This document shows positions 14,690 to 28,138 of a DNA stretch of 64,000 bases, one piece after another; within the stretch, counting starts at the first letter, position 1, and every line of letters starts with the position of its first letter. Below the pieces are notes generated by a model. The model had not been told where the DNA came from. It did not search any database and saw only the letters and a list, made by a program, of their open reading frames with translations. The DNA is taken from positions 5,344,001 through 5,408,000 of the forward strand of contig CP086569.2 of NCBI GenBank assembly GCA_009914755.4, given 5' to 3'. The DNA is from the human T2T-CHM13v2.0 reference genome, Homo sapiens. A program made the translations under genes and the position numbers.

Positions 14690-17145
14690 AAAATTTAAGT
14701 GAGCAATCATAGTACATGGTTTTAATATCATATCATTAAAAGAGGCACTGAGGAGGGGAGAAGAGACAGTCTTGAATTACTGATGCCACCTCTCCTTCAT
14801 CTAATAGCAGAGGTCTTGTGGTGCAGAAAGAGAAACTGTGCACTTTAGGGAGGAATATTGCAGTGACTGGGGACTTTACATTGAACTTAGTCCTGCCCTG
14901 TCATAGTGGAGAATGAAGCTGTGCTGGGCTTAGCCATCCCTTGCACATTGAGGGAGCATTTGGACCAGACCTAGCCAGAGGGGTGTTCTGGTGGTCAGAA
15001 CTTGAGTTTCTCAGCAAGCCTTGCCATCACAAACCGAATTGCTCGGGGTTTCTAGGTAAACATGAAAGGCAATGTGAGACACGAGGAATGCAATTGCTAG
15101 GCAACTCCTAGTGCTAGGCTGGGCTTAGAGTCAGTGAATTAGAGTGGCATGTGACCTAGGCAGACACCAGCTGGGGCAGCTAAGGGAGTCCTTGTGCCAC
15201 CCCTCTCCCAAGCCCAGACAGTGCAGCTCGCAACAATAAAGTGACTCCTTCCTTCTTCTTGAGGCAAGGAAAGCAAAGAGTAAAAGGGACTTTTATTATG
15301 CATTTTGGATACCAGCTCAGCCACAGTAGGATAGGGCAATGGGCAGAATTGTGAGTCCCCCTTTCTAGGCTCTATCTCACAGATGACTTATCTAGATACA
15401 ACCAGGGCTGGAAGCAAACCCATGGCCTTGAAGGGAAGGAACCAGTTCTGGCAGTTAGTCATAAACTGCTGACTAAAGAAACCTTGGGCTCTGAATAACC
15501 AGCAGTGACTCATGTAGTGTTCCATGGGTGGTGGGTTCTGAGATACGCTGGCTTCGGGTGTGACCCAGCACATTTCCAGCTGTGCTGGCTACATTGAAAG
15601 ACTCCAACTGTTTGAGAAAAGCAAAAGGAAAAGTTAAAGAAACATTGTTTTCTACCAGCTCATCCACAGCAGTTGGAGCAACAAGCAGGCCCTTGCTTTC
15701 CTTGTGTACAGACCTAGGTTCTTGGACATCATTTATGGACCTGCCCTAGGCCAAAGGGAAGACCACTGCCCTGAAGACTGAGTGCTAGACCTGACAGCAG
15801 TCACCACAAGCTGACTTGGTCTTTAAGTGAACATCAGTGGTGATCTGGCTGAACACCCATGAACTGGCAGTGGTTATGGCCACAGGGAGAAACTCCTCTG
15901 CCTTTGTAAAGGGGATGGAAGATGTAGAAGGACTTTGTTTTCTTGTGTGAGTGCCAGCTTAGCCACAATGGAAGAGAACATCAGGTAAACTGGTGAAACT
16001 TTTGATGCCAAGTCCTGGCTCCTAGACATCACTGGACATCTCCAAGTCCTGGGGAAATCCATCACCCTTAAGAAAAGCATCTTGGGCAAGACCCAGTGCT
16101 GTGCTGGCTTCAGATCTGGTGCAGCACAGTCTCAGTGATAGTGGCCATGGAGGTGCTTGCATCACAACATCCCCGGCCTCACATGGCTCAACACAGAAAG
16201 AGAGACTCTGTTTATTTGGGAGAAAGTAAGGGAAGACAATATGAGTCTCTTCCTGGTAATCTAGAGAATTCTTTTGGATCTTATTTAAGACTACCAAGGC
16301 AGTAGCTCTAGGAGTCCACAAAAACCACAGTGTTAGTGGGCTTGAAGCCCAAATCCTTTCAAATACCTGGATAGCCTTACCAAGAAGGACAATCCCAGGC
16401 TGTGAAAACTACAATAAATACCTGACTATTCAAAGCTCAGACATTAATGAACTTGTACGAGCATCAACACCACCCAAGAAAGTTTGCCCTCACCAAATGA
16501 ACTAAATAAGGCACCGGGGACCAATCCTAGAAAAATAGAGATATATGACTTTTTAGATAGAGAATTCAAAATAGCTGTGTTAAGGAATCTCAAAGAAATT
16601 CAAGATAACACAGAGAAGTTATTCAAAATTCTATCCAATAAATTTAACAAAGAGATTAAAATAATTAAAAGGAATCAACCAGAAATTCTGGAGCTGAAAA
16701 ATTCAATTGACATACTGAAGAATGCATCCATCTTTGAATCACAGAATGCATCAAGCAGAAGAAAGAATTAGTGAGCTTGAAGAAAGGCTATAAAAAATAC
16801 AAAGTCAGATGGGACAAAAATAATTAAAAAAAACAAAGAAGTATCACTACATTATCTAGATAAATAGCCTCAAAAGCACTAATCTAAGAGTTATTGGCCT
16901 TAAAGGGGAGGTAGGGAAAGAGGTATAGGCAGAAAGTTTTCTCAAAGGGATAATATCAGAGAACTCCCTAAACCTATCAAAAGATATCAGCATTCAAGTA
17001 TAAGAAGGTTACAGAGCACCAGGCAGATTTAACCCAAAGAAGACTATGTCTAGGCATTTAATAACCACACTCCCAAAGGTCATTGATAAGGAAAGAATCC
17101 TAAAAGCAGCAAGAGAAAAGAAAAAACTAACATAAAATAGAGCTC
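14690..17145 (+). mobile_element. L1 5' portion (5'UTR-like region plus ORF1 remnant), sense, interrupted downstream by a MaLR insertion
   Basis: The ORF-track frame at 16484-16771 (...RNLKEIQDNTEKLFKILSNKFNKEIKIIKRNQPEILELKNSIDILKN...) is an L1 ORF1 coiled-coil region. Downstream frames read ...SLKSTNLRVIGLKGE...RELPKPIKRYQHSSIRRLQSTRQI..., the ORF1 RRM/C-terminal region. The 5' boundary is uncertain. Confidence 0.6.
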
Positions 17146-18251
17146 TGTATTAGTTTATTCTTGCATTGCTATAAAGAAATACCAGAGATTGAGTAATTTA
17201 TAAAGAGAAGAGTTTTAACTGGCTCACAGTCATGCAGGTTGTACAGAAAGCATGATACTACTATATGCTCAGGTTCTGGGGAGACATCAGGAAACTTACC
17301 ATCATAGCAAAAGGCAAAGGGGGAACAAATACCTCACATGGCAAAAGCAGGAGCAAGAGAGTGAGTTTAGAGGTGCTACACACTTTTAAACAACCAGATC
17401 TCAGGAGAACTCACTCTTTATTGTGAGGACAGTACTGAGGGAATGATGCCAAACCATTCATAAGAAATCAGCTTCCGTGATCCAATCACCTTCCACCAGG
17501 CCCCACCCCCAATATTGTGGATTACATTTTAATATGAGGTGTGGGCAGGGACAACTATATTATTCTGAAGCTGGCCTCTCCCAAATCTCATCTTCTTCTA
17601 ACATTTCAAAATGCAATCACGCCTTTCCAATAATCCCACAAAGTCTTAATTCATTTCAGTGTTAACTCAAAAGTTCAAAGTCCAAAGTCTCATCTGCTTG
17701 AATTTCTCTCCTGAAAAAGCTTTTTTTTTTCTCTGTGATATGGCCAGGCTGAAAAATTTTCAAACTTTTACATTATGCTTCCCTTTTAAATATAAGTTTC
17801 AGCTTTAAGTCATTTATTTACTCCCACATATGAACACAGGCTATTAGAAGCAGCCAGGTCAAATCTTGAATGCTTTGCTGCTGAGAAATTTCTTCCACCA
17901 GATGCCCTAAATCATCACTCTCAAGTTCAAAGTTTCACAGATCCCCAAGCCAGGGGCACAATGCAACCAATTTTTTTGCTAAGTCATAACAAAAGTGACC
18001 TTGGCTCCATTTCCCAATAAGTTTCTCATTTCCATCTGAGATCTCCTCAACCTGGACTTCATTGTTTCTATGACTATCAGCATTGTGGTCACAACAATTT
18101 AACCAGTCACTAAAAAGTTTCAAACATTCCCTCATCTTCCTGTCTTCTTCTGAACCCTCCACACTCTTCCAGTTTCTGTCTGCTACCCAATTCCAAAGTT
18201 GTTTCCAGATTTCAGGTATCTTTAGAAAAATTCCCAACTCCTTGGTACCGT

Positions 18252-18300
<49 letters not shown>

Positions 18301-18709
18301 TGAAATAGCTGACACTGGGAAATTTATAAAGTAAAAAGGTTTAATTGTCTCACTGTTATACAGGCTGCACAGAAAGCATGATGCTGGCATATGCTCAGCA
18401 TCTGGGAAGGCCTCAGAAAACTTACAATCATGGTCAAAGGCAATGGGGGAGCAATTATGTCACATGGCAAAAGCATGAGCAAGAGAGTGAGGAGAGAGGT
18501 GCAACACACTTTTAAATGGCTAGATCTCAGAAGTACTCACTCTCTATCAGGGGGATGGCACCAAGAAGGATGGTGTTAATCCTTTTATGAGAAATCTTCC
18601 CCCATGGTTCAATCACCTCCCTCCCTGGCCCCATCTCCAATATATGAGATTACATTTCAATGTAAGATTTGGGCCAGGAAGCACATTCAAATTATATCAA
18701 GCTCCAACA
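17146..18709 (-). mobile_element. ERVL-MaLR (THE1/MST-type) element with both LTRs and a deleted internal region, antisense, inserted into the L1
   Basis: LTRs at 17146-17570 (tgtattagtttattcttgcattgctataaag...) and 18301-18709 (...gatttgggccaggaagcacattcaaattatatca). The internal 17571-18251 aligns with the two ends of the internal region of the 11044-13379 element but lacks ~900 bp. L1 ORF1/ORF2 sequence resumes right after 18709. Confidence 0.8.
18252..18299. repeat. Poly-T homopolymer, 48 nt
   Basis: Uninterrupted T48 at the junction of the MaLR internal region and the start of its 18301-18709 LTR. Confidence 0.95.
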
Positions 18710-21200
18710 GGTCTGGCAGCAGACTTTTTCTGGAAACCTTACAGGCCAGAAAAGAGTGACATCACATATTTAAAGTACTGAAGGAAAAAAACTTTTACTT
18801 TCAAATAGTATATCTAGTGAAAATATACTTCAGGCATGAAGAAGAAATAAAGACATTCCCAGACAAACAAAAGCTGAGAGATTTCATCAACACCAAACCT
18901 ATCCTACATGAAATGCTGAAAGGTGTTCTTCAGTTTGAAAGAAAAATATATTAATGTGCTAAAAGAAACCATCTTAAGATAAAAAACTCACTGGTAATAG
19001 TAAGCACACAGAAAAACAGAATAGTACAACACTGTAATGGTGGTGTGTAAACTGCTCTTAAGTAGAAAGACTAAATAACAAACCAATAAAAAATAATGAT
19101 GAAAACGAGGAAACTACTAGAACTGATAAACAAATTCAGTACAGTTGCAGGATACAAAGTCAGCATACAAAAATCAATAGCATTTCTATATGTCACCAGG
19201 AGACAATCTGAAAAAGAAATAAAATAATACTCCCATCTACAATAGCCACAAGTAAAATTAAATATCTAGGAATTGGCAAAAAAAGTGAAAAGTCTCCACA
19301 ATAAACTCATAAAATTCTGATAAAAGTAACTGAAGAGGACACCAAAAAATGGAAATATATTTCATGTTCATGGATTGGAAGAATCAATATTCTCAAAATG
19401 TCCATACTACCCAAAGTAATCTACAGATTCAATGCAATCCCTATTCAACTATCAGTCACGCTTTTTCACAGAAATAGAAGAAAACAATCCTAAAATGTAT
19501 ATGGTTTATCAAAAGACCTAAATAGTCTAAGCTATTCTGAGCCAAAAGGAAAAAAATGGAGGAATCACTTCACCTTGCTTCAAATTATACTACAGAACTA
19601 TAGTAACCAAAACAGTATGTACTTGTACAAAAACAGACACATAGACCAAGGGAACAGAATAGAGAACTCAGAAATAAATTCACACACCTACAGTGTACTA
19701 GTTTTCAACAAAAGTGCCAAGAATATACACTGAGGAAAAGCCACTCTCTTCAAAAAATTGTGCTAGGAAAACTTAATTCAGAGATGCTGAAGAATAAAAC
19801 TAGACCCCTATCTCTAACCACATATAAAAATCAAATTATAATGGATTACATACTTTAAGAACTCAAACTATAAAATTACTAGGAGAAAATATTGAAGAAA
19901 CTCTCCAAGACATTGATCTGTGCAGAAATTTCTTAAGTAATACCTCACAAGCACAGGCAACCAAAGCAAAAATGGACCAATGGGATTTGGTCATCAAATT
20001 AAAACTTCTGCACAGCAAAGGATACAATAAACAAAGGGAAGAGACAACCTGCAGAGTGTGAGAAAATATTTGCAAACTACCCATTTGACAAGGGATTAAT
20101 AACCAGAATACATAAGGAGCTCAAACAACTCTATACAAAGAAAATCTTATAATCTGATAAAATAAGAACAGAAGATCTGAATAGACATTTCTCAAAAGAA
20201 TACACACAAATGACAAACAGGCATATGAAAAGGTGCTTCACATCACTGATTATCAGAGAAACACAAATTAGAATTATAATAAGATATTATCTCATCCCAG
20301 TTAAAGTAATTTTTTTAAATGTCAGGCAATGACAAATTCTGGTGAGTATGTGGAGAAAAGGGAAACCTCTTTCATTGTTGGTTGGAATGTAAATTAGTAC
20401 AACCACAATAGAGAGTGCTTTGGAGGTTCCTCAAAAATAAAAAAAAAAAGAAAGAAACAAAAGCTATTATATTATCCAGCAATTCTACTGCTGGGTACAC
20501 ACCCAAAAGAATGAAAACTAGTATATCTAATAGATATTGGCTCTCCCATGTTTGTTACAGAACTGTTTACAATAGCCAATATTTGGAGACAACCCAAGGG
20601 TCTTTCAACTGATAAATGCATAAAGAAAATGTGATACATATACACAATGATGTACTATTCAGCCATATTAAAGAATGAGATCCAATCATTTGCAACAACA
20701 TAGATGGAGCTGGAGGTCATTATGTTAAGTAAAATAAGCCAGGCACAGAAACACAAATATTGCACATTCTCATTTATTCGTGCAATCTAAAAGTCAAAAC
20801 AATTAAGTTTATAGAGATAGAGAGTAAAAGGATAGTTACCAGTAGCTGGAAAGGGTAGTGGGGTTTGGGGGGAATGCTGGGATGGTTAAGAGAAACCAAA
20901 AACAATTAGAAAAAATGAATAAGACCTACTATTTGATAGAACAACAGAGGACTACAGTCAATAATAATTTAATTGTACATTTTATAGTAACTGAAATAGT
21001 ATAATTGGATTGTTTGTAATACAAAGGATAAATGTCTGAGTAGATAGATACCCAACATTCCATGGTATGACTATTACACATTGCATGCCTGTACCATAAT
21101 GTCTGATGTACCTCATAAATATGTACACCTGCTATTTACCTACAAAAATTAAAAATTTTGAACAATATGCTTAGTTCATATTAACCAAGGGTGGATATAA
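18710..21200 (+). mobile_element. Continuation of the L1 (ORF1 C-terminus, then ORF2 C-terminal half and 3'UTR; internally deleted), sense
   Basis: Translation gives ...FINTKPILHEMLKGVLQFERK... (ORF1 end), then ORF2 blocks ...FSTVAGYKVSIQKSIAFLY..., ...[13 protein letters not shown]..., ...GGITSPCFKLYYRTIVTKT..., ...[15 protein letters not shown].... The EN domain and most of RT are missing. Multiple stops indicate an old copy. Confidence 0.7.
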
Positions 21201-22161
21201 ATTTTAGATATACTATAAATTTTTTGAAATGTTAATCTAGTGAGTGTGACTTTGTATACAAAATCTAGATAGATATGATGTCAACAGGATTTCACAGGAA
21301 AAGTTCAATTAAAAAAAAGAAGTTGGCTTTTTGTGGTGGTTGCTGTTTTGGTTTGAGCATTACCAAGTAGTCGGCTCTATGAAATCCAAACGAATCCACC
21401 AAGTCATATCAATATCACAAATTTATTTAAGCTCTGGTAGACACAACAGAGTAGAGCATGGACTTATTAACTATAATTTTATATTATTTAAACATTAGAT
21501 GATCAAGTGAAATACATTTGAGAATGCAACAGCCAACTATCAAATCAAAACATGATGAATAAGTTTGTTCTATTAATATTTTATTGAAAATAGTGAGTTA
21601 TCTTAACCTCTTTTAGATTTGTAATTAATGCAGAAAGGAAAGGGAAAATATAATTACAAATAAATGTTTAGTTATTTAAGCAAACATGTACATACACATC
21701 TGTCTAAGCATATTTAGATGAACTAAATCCAGATTTAGAAATACAGCCTTTGAAGAACCACCTGAATAAATGTTTTTCTACACCTTAAAATATACTTTAT
21801 TACCCAGAGGAATATGATGAAACTAATGCTTAATGAAACTACTTACTCCCTCCAAAATGTGCCTACATTTCAATTGTATAAAAATGCAAAAAGCCTATTT
21901 TCACTTTATTGTTACATATTTTAAAAGTACTAAGTATTTGAAGGGCACTGAGCATTTAACTTTAACATCTCCCTTTTTGCCAGTTAGAAAAGTGATATGA
22001 ACTTTTTATTGAGTTGTTGCACCCCACTGATTTCCTGAAATACTCAAAATGTCATGTATTTTGTAAATTTTAATATTTTGTTAAACGACTAGAATTACTC
22101 TAAAATATCCTAAAGCAACACTTGGAAATCATCCTTCACCAGAGATAAGAAGTGTTCATGA

Positions 22162-23227
22162 GTTCTCTATTCTGTTCCATTGGTCTATGTGTCTGTTCTA
22201 GTACCAGTACCATGCTGTTTTGGTTACCGTAGCCTTGTAGTATAGTTTGAAGTCAGATAGCATGATGCCTCCAGCTTTGTTCTTTTTGCTTAGGATTTTC
22301 TGGTCTATACAGGCTCCTTTTTAGTTCCATATGAATTTTAAGATAGTTTTATTTTTAATTCTGTGAAGAATGTCAATGGTACTTTAATAGGAATAAGCAT
22401 TGAACGAATAAATTATTTGGGGCAGTACGGCCATTTTCACAATATTGATACTTCCTATCCATGAGCAAGGGATGTTTTTTCATTTGTTTGTGTCCTCCCT
22501 GATTTCCTTGAGCAGTGGTTTGTAGTTCTCTTTCAAGAAGTCCTTCCTTCCTTTGTTAGCTGTATTCCTAGGTATTTTTCTCTTTGTAGCAATTGTGAAT
22601 AGGAAATCATTCATGATTTGGCTCTTTGCTTGCCTGTTGTTGGTGTATTGGAATGCTAGCGACTTTTGTACATTGATTTTGTATCCTGAGACTGCTGAAG
22701 TTGCTTAGCAGCTTAAGAAGCTTTTGGGCTGAGATCATGGGGTTTTCTAGATACAGGATCATGTCATCTGCAAACAAAAACAATTTGACTTTCTCTCTTC
22801 CTATTTGAATACGCTACATTTTCTTCTCCTGCCAGATTGCCCTGGCCAGAACCTCCAATACTATATTGAATAGGAGTAGTGAGAGAGGACAGCCTTGTCT
22901 TGTGCTGGTTTTCATGGGGAATGCTTCCAGCTTTTGCCCATTCAGTATTATATTGGCTGTTGGTTTGTTCTCACTTATACATGGGAGCTGAATGATGAGA
23001 ACACATGGGCACATGGGTGGGAACAACACACACTGGGGCCTGCTGGAGGAGGAGGGTGGTGGGAGGGAGAGCATCAGGAAAAATAGCTAATGGATGCTGG
23101 GCTTCATACCTAGATGATGGGATGATCCATGGGACAAACCACCATGGCACACGTTTACATATGTAGCAAACCTGCACATCCTGTACATGTACCCCTGAAC
23201 TTAAAATAAAAGTTGAAGAAAAAAAAG
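22162..23227 (+). mobile_element. L1PA-like insertion with 5' inversion: ORF2 segment inverted at 22162-22967, sense 3' end plus poly-A at 22968-23227
   Basis: 22162-22967 is the reverse complement of L1 ORF2; the ORF-track frame at 22814-23074(-) gives ...[48 protein letters not shown]. It abuts sense-strand L1 3' end ttctcacttatacatgggagctgaatgatgagaacacatgg ... catgtacccctgaacttaaaataaaagttgaagaaaaaaaag. This matches the twin-priming inversion structure. Confidence 0.75.
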
Positions 23228-23341
23228 ATCATACAAAAAGCCCTGGCTGACTTGAGTACTAGTTTGTGCACAGAGATGATGGTATTTCAGAGCAAATGTA
23301 CTGAAATCTTCCATCCTCAATACACTACAAAAATTTTCATA

Positions 23342-23643
<302 letters not shown>

Positions 23644-24937
23644 TCATAGTAGTCATAGTTTTTATATCACTTTAGAGTCAATATTCAGAATAATTAGAAA
23701 CTTAACAATAAAGCAAATTTCTCTACCACACACAATAAAAGAAATATCCATGAGGAATAATAGAATAAACCGTAAGTCAATTCCAGAAAAAGCTCTGCCT
23801 TTTTGAGTAATATATTGATACTTAAGTATCACTAAAACTGTTCGAAGGCTATATTTAAATATCCAGAATCTTTAAATACTATTTATTCACTGCCAGCATC
23901 ACTTTATTATGAATTCTAGAGGTAGTGTACAACCTGAAGTATCACAATTGTGCAAAAAAAATTATAATAAAACTGAAAAGGAGTCAATAACGAAACATTC
24001 AAAGAAACCCAGCCAGTTACAGGACAGGCTATTTTGTACGTCTTTAAAAATACGCTACTGCATTGTTATCAATTTCTAAATTCCCAGTCTGAAGCAATGT
24101 AAAATTTACGTAGTTGTTTATCATTTTAAATGTTTACATAATAGAAATATTTTTAAAGTTCATTTCTCTCTCATGTTCAAAGATAATGGAACCTTTCCCT
24201 CAACTTTGCTCGGGAATCTTCACTAATTAAAATTTATATTTCTGGTTCATTATTGTTATTTAAATTTAAAGGAAAGAGTTGGTAAATTGGTACATATTTA
24301 TAATATAATTTATTCATTAATCATTGGAGAGGTATTGTGCTAAGAGTGAAAGAGTACAAAATTTTGAGCCATGGGCAATGACTTAAATCCTGTTTCTTTT
24401 GCTTAATTAGCTCTTTGGCCTTAGAAATTTATTTAACCTCCTGATTTTCAGTTTCTTCATTAAATACTTGATGAGTATTTGAATTAAAATAACAATACTT
24501 TATAGGGTTGCTGTTATAATTAAATAAAACATTGCAAGGCATGCAGCAGACACTGTATTTGACATTTATGTGGCTTTTAAAAAAATGTCATTAATCCTTT
24601 ATTAAGGGCCACCTCAACACACTTGTGATTTATTTTGTTCATGGGTTAATGCACACTCAGATAAAATTGTAGAAAATACTAAACATATAGAAAACATTAA
24701 AAATAAAAATCACGCAGGTATAATCATTGCTAAAATGGTGGTGTGATACAGTGATTTATTACAATCATTTTATTACTTGATGTCTTCCTTTTTTTAACTT
24801 AACATTATACCATGAGCTCTTCCAGTGTCATTAACTATTTTTTGATATTTTGATTTTTAATGGTATATTCCACTGTATGCCTTCCATTGTATTTTGATTT
24901 CTTTGAGTAAATTAACATTTGGAATTATGTGTTCATT

Positions 24938-25285
<348 letters not shown>

Positions 25286-27772
25286 CTATTTTTACATGTT
25301 TCACATCAGTTTAACTGTGGTGGTAATCATTTAAATTTTGCAGGAGCTATAGTACATCAATGAACTTACATTCATATACTCTGTTGTTTTTACATGATAG
25401 AGTTTAAGTTCTACCATATGCAATAAAACATTTTGTCTACACAAGTGTACAGTTATATTTTTAATGTGCGTGTCTTGCTAGAACACATTTAATAGTAATC
25501 GTTGCCATATTTTGAAACTATATTAATCCATATTTTATGAAATACTGTTATAGTTTATCAAGAGAAAAATGATGTTTTGTTTAACATAAATTACTTGATC
25601 ATATTAGTCTATTGAGCAACAGCTTGTAACCCCCGTGAATCAACGGAATTTCTAAACAGCTAAATGAGTCACTGTTACTGAGGTTGCTCCTTTGAGGTGC
25701 CATTACAAAACTGTAACTCTTCACTGTATGCAAAAGTAATTAGGTGATCTTACTGATCATTATAGCATTAGGGTAGGAGGGAGAGAGAAGATAATTTTTT
25801 AAATGTCATGAAATTTAATACTGGGAAACCTGCATATTTTAGCTTTATTTCAGCTCAATTTTCTAACTATGCCTACCCCAGGGTACTCCAGCATAATATT
25901 TTTACCTTCCAACTCTCAAACAGCTCAGTTGGTGAGAAGATTGTTAATAACCATAATGAGTTATTCTCTGTCATAATCTAAATCTATCTTCTCAAGTCCA
26001 ATTATTTTTGATGAATATATTCTGCTAACTTGAGCTTGAATGGAAGCACTGTTCTATAATGAATTAACTATAGACATAGAAACGGTATTATGGGGAATGC
26101 ATATTTAGAACATAAATAAGAAGAGAGAAAAAAGAATAAACACATAGATATGATTCATTTGAAGGCCTCTTTTTAAAAAATTGACATTTTTAAATTGAAT
26201 TGTAAAGATAATAAAAAATATCTTTGATGAGTTTTTATAATTTATAGAAATTACCTTACATTGTTTTCAAATTGATGACAGAGCTAACTGAAAGGTTTTT
26301 GTAAAACCAGAATTAACCTTTACTTTTTATTCCTGGGCACAATATTGAATGAAGCACAGAATGAGTGTTTTAAATTAGCTCTCATTTGTTTTGATGACTG
26401 TTTTTTTCTGGGAAGAGCTTGATCACATGCTTACAATTTCCATTTATGTATTATAAGGAGCAATGTACGGCTGCTCTGTTTACTTTGTGACTTTGGCCAG
26501 GATACACAAACCTAATTACTATTTTTCATTAAGTTTTTAATTGCTATTAAATTAGTATTTTAGTAAAATAAAATTTAATTTATAAATTTAAGGTAAATAC
26601 TTTAAAATAAAATAATATTTAGTAATTAAATATCGAATTAGTATTAAGGGAGATGAATTGGTGAAAAAATATGAAGTTGATATTTGATGATATAATTAGA
26701 TGTAATAAAAGTGTGTGGAGTTTGTTGGAGCATAACTCAAAATTGTATGCAAAGAAAGCAGTCTGCGTTCTTTATTAACTATTTGGCATAATAAATATTG
26801 CAGGCTTACTTGAAGTCCCAGATACAAGAATTGCCGTAATGAGTCAGAATGATGTCGATTCTAAAAGAAAAGTGGTGCTGTATATGATCCAGTAATTTTA
26901 TTTGATTTAGGCTAGGTTTAATAGGAATCCCTACTGAGAACTTGCTTATATTTATTGCAAGCTTCAACAGTTATTCACCACTATCACCATTCCTCAACTT
27001 TCCACCCTACTTCCTATGTTCTCAGCCTTTCTCTGTCACTAGGCTCAGTAGGAAGGAAGGATAAATGGCAAATGTTGGATGGGACCAATATTTAATAGGG
27101 TTGGTTAAATAGAATATTTGAAAATCATAATATTAAACAAATGAACAATGAAACAATAAAATTTTCAAACTGTGTTTGATATGTGGAAAAAATAACTAAA
27201 TTAGGCCTTCAAATTAAACTTGATTATATATGTGTAGATAAAATGTAGAATGAATTGTAAATAACGTTCTGAAATGTGACTTAAAATGTCCTCTTTAACA
27301 TTCTAATGCTGATTACATTAATTGTAATGTAGATTACAGTCACTGTGTGCTTTCATTAGAAATAAAGCTTAAAAACTAAGTCATGTCACTATGAAACTTC
27401 TTATTGCAAATTATAAATCAGAAGTTTCTCTGCCATAGTCATTGATTTTATTAGAGTTGAGAGCAGTTCTTAGTAGGCACGTCTTATGTAATGGATGTGA
27501 GCAGCGGAAAACTAGTAAATACATCTGAGAATTGCCCAGTTGTGGCTTATATTCTAAAGAGCAGGAAGAAAAGTAATAAACTGCTTGACTGTCTGACTGC
27601 TGATGACCAACTGCAAGACTGGTTGAATTTTATGAATTTATGTCTAAAATATAGGAGTACATTTTTTCAGCAGCCAAAATGTTATTACTATTTTATTTGT
27701 GTAGTATCTTAACTATCCTTTAATCTCATCAAATAGTGAAAAGTAAATTAGAAAAGTGAAAGGCAATTTTTA

Positions 27773-28138
<366 letters not shown>

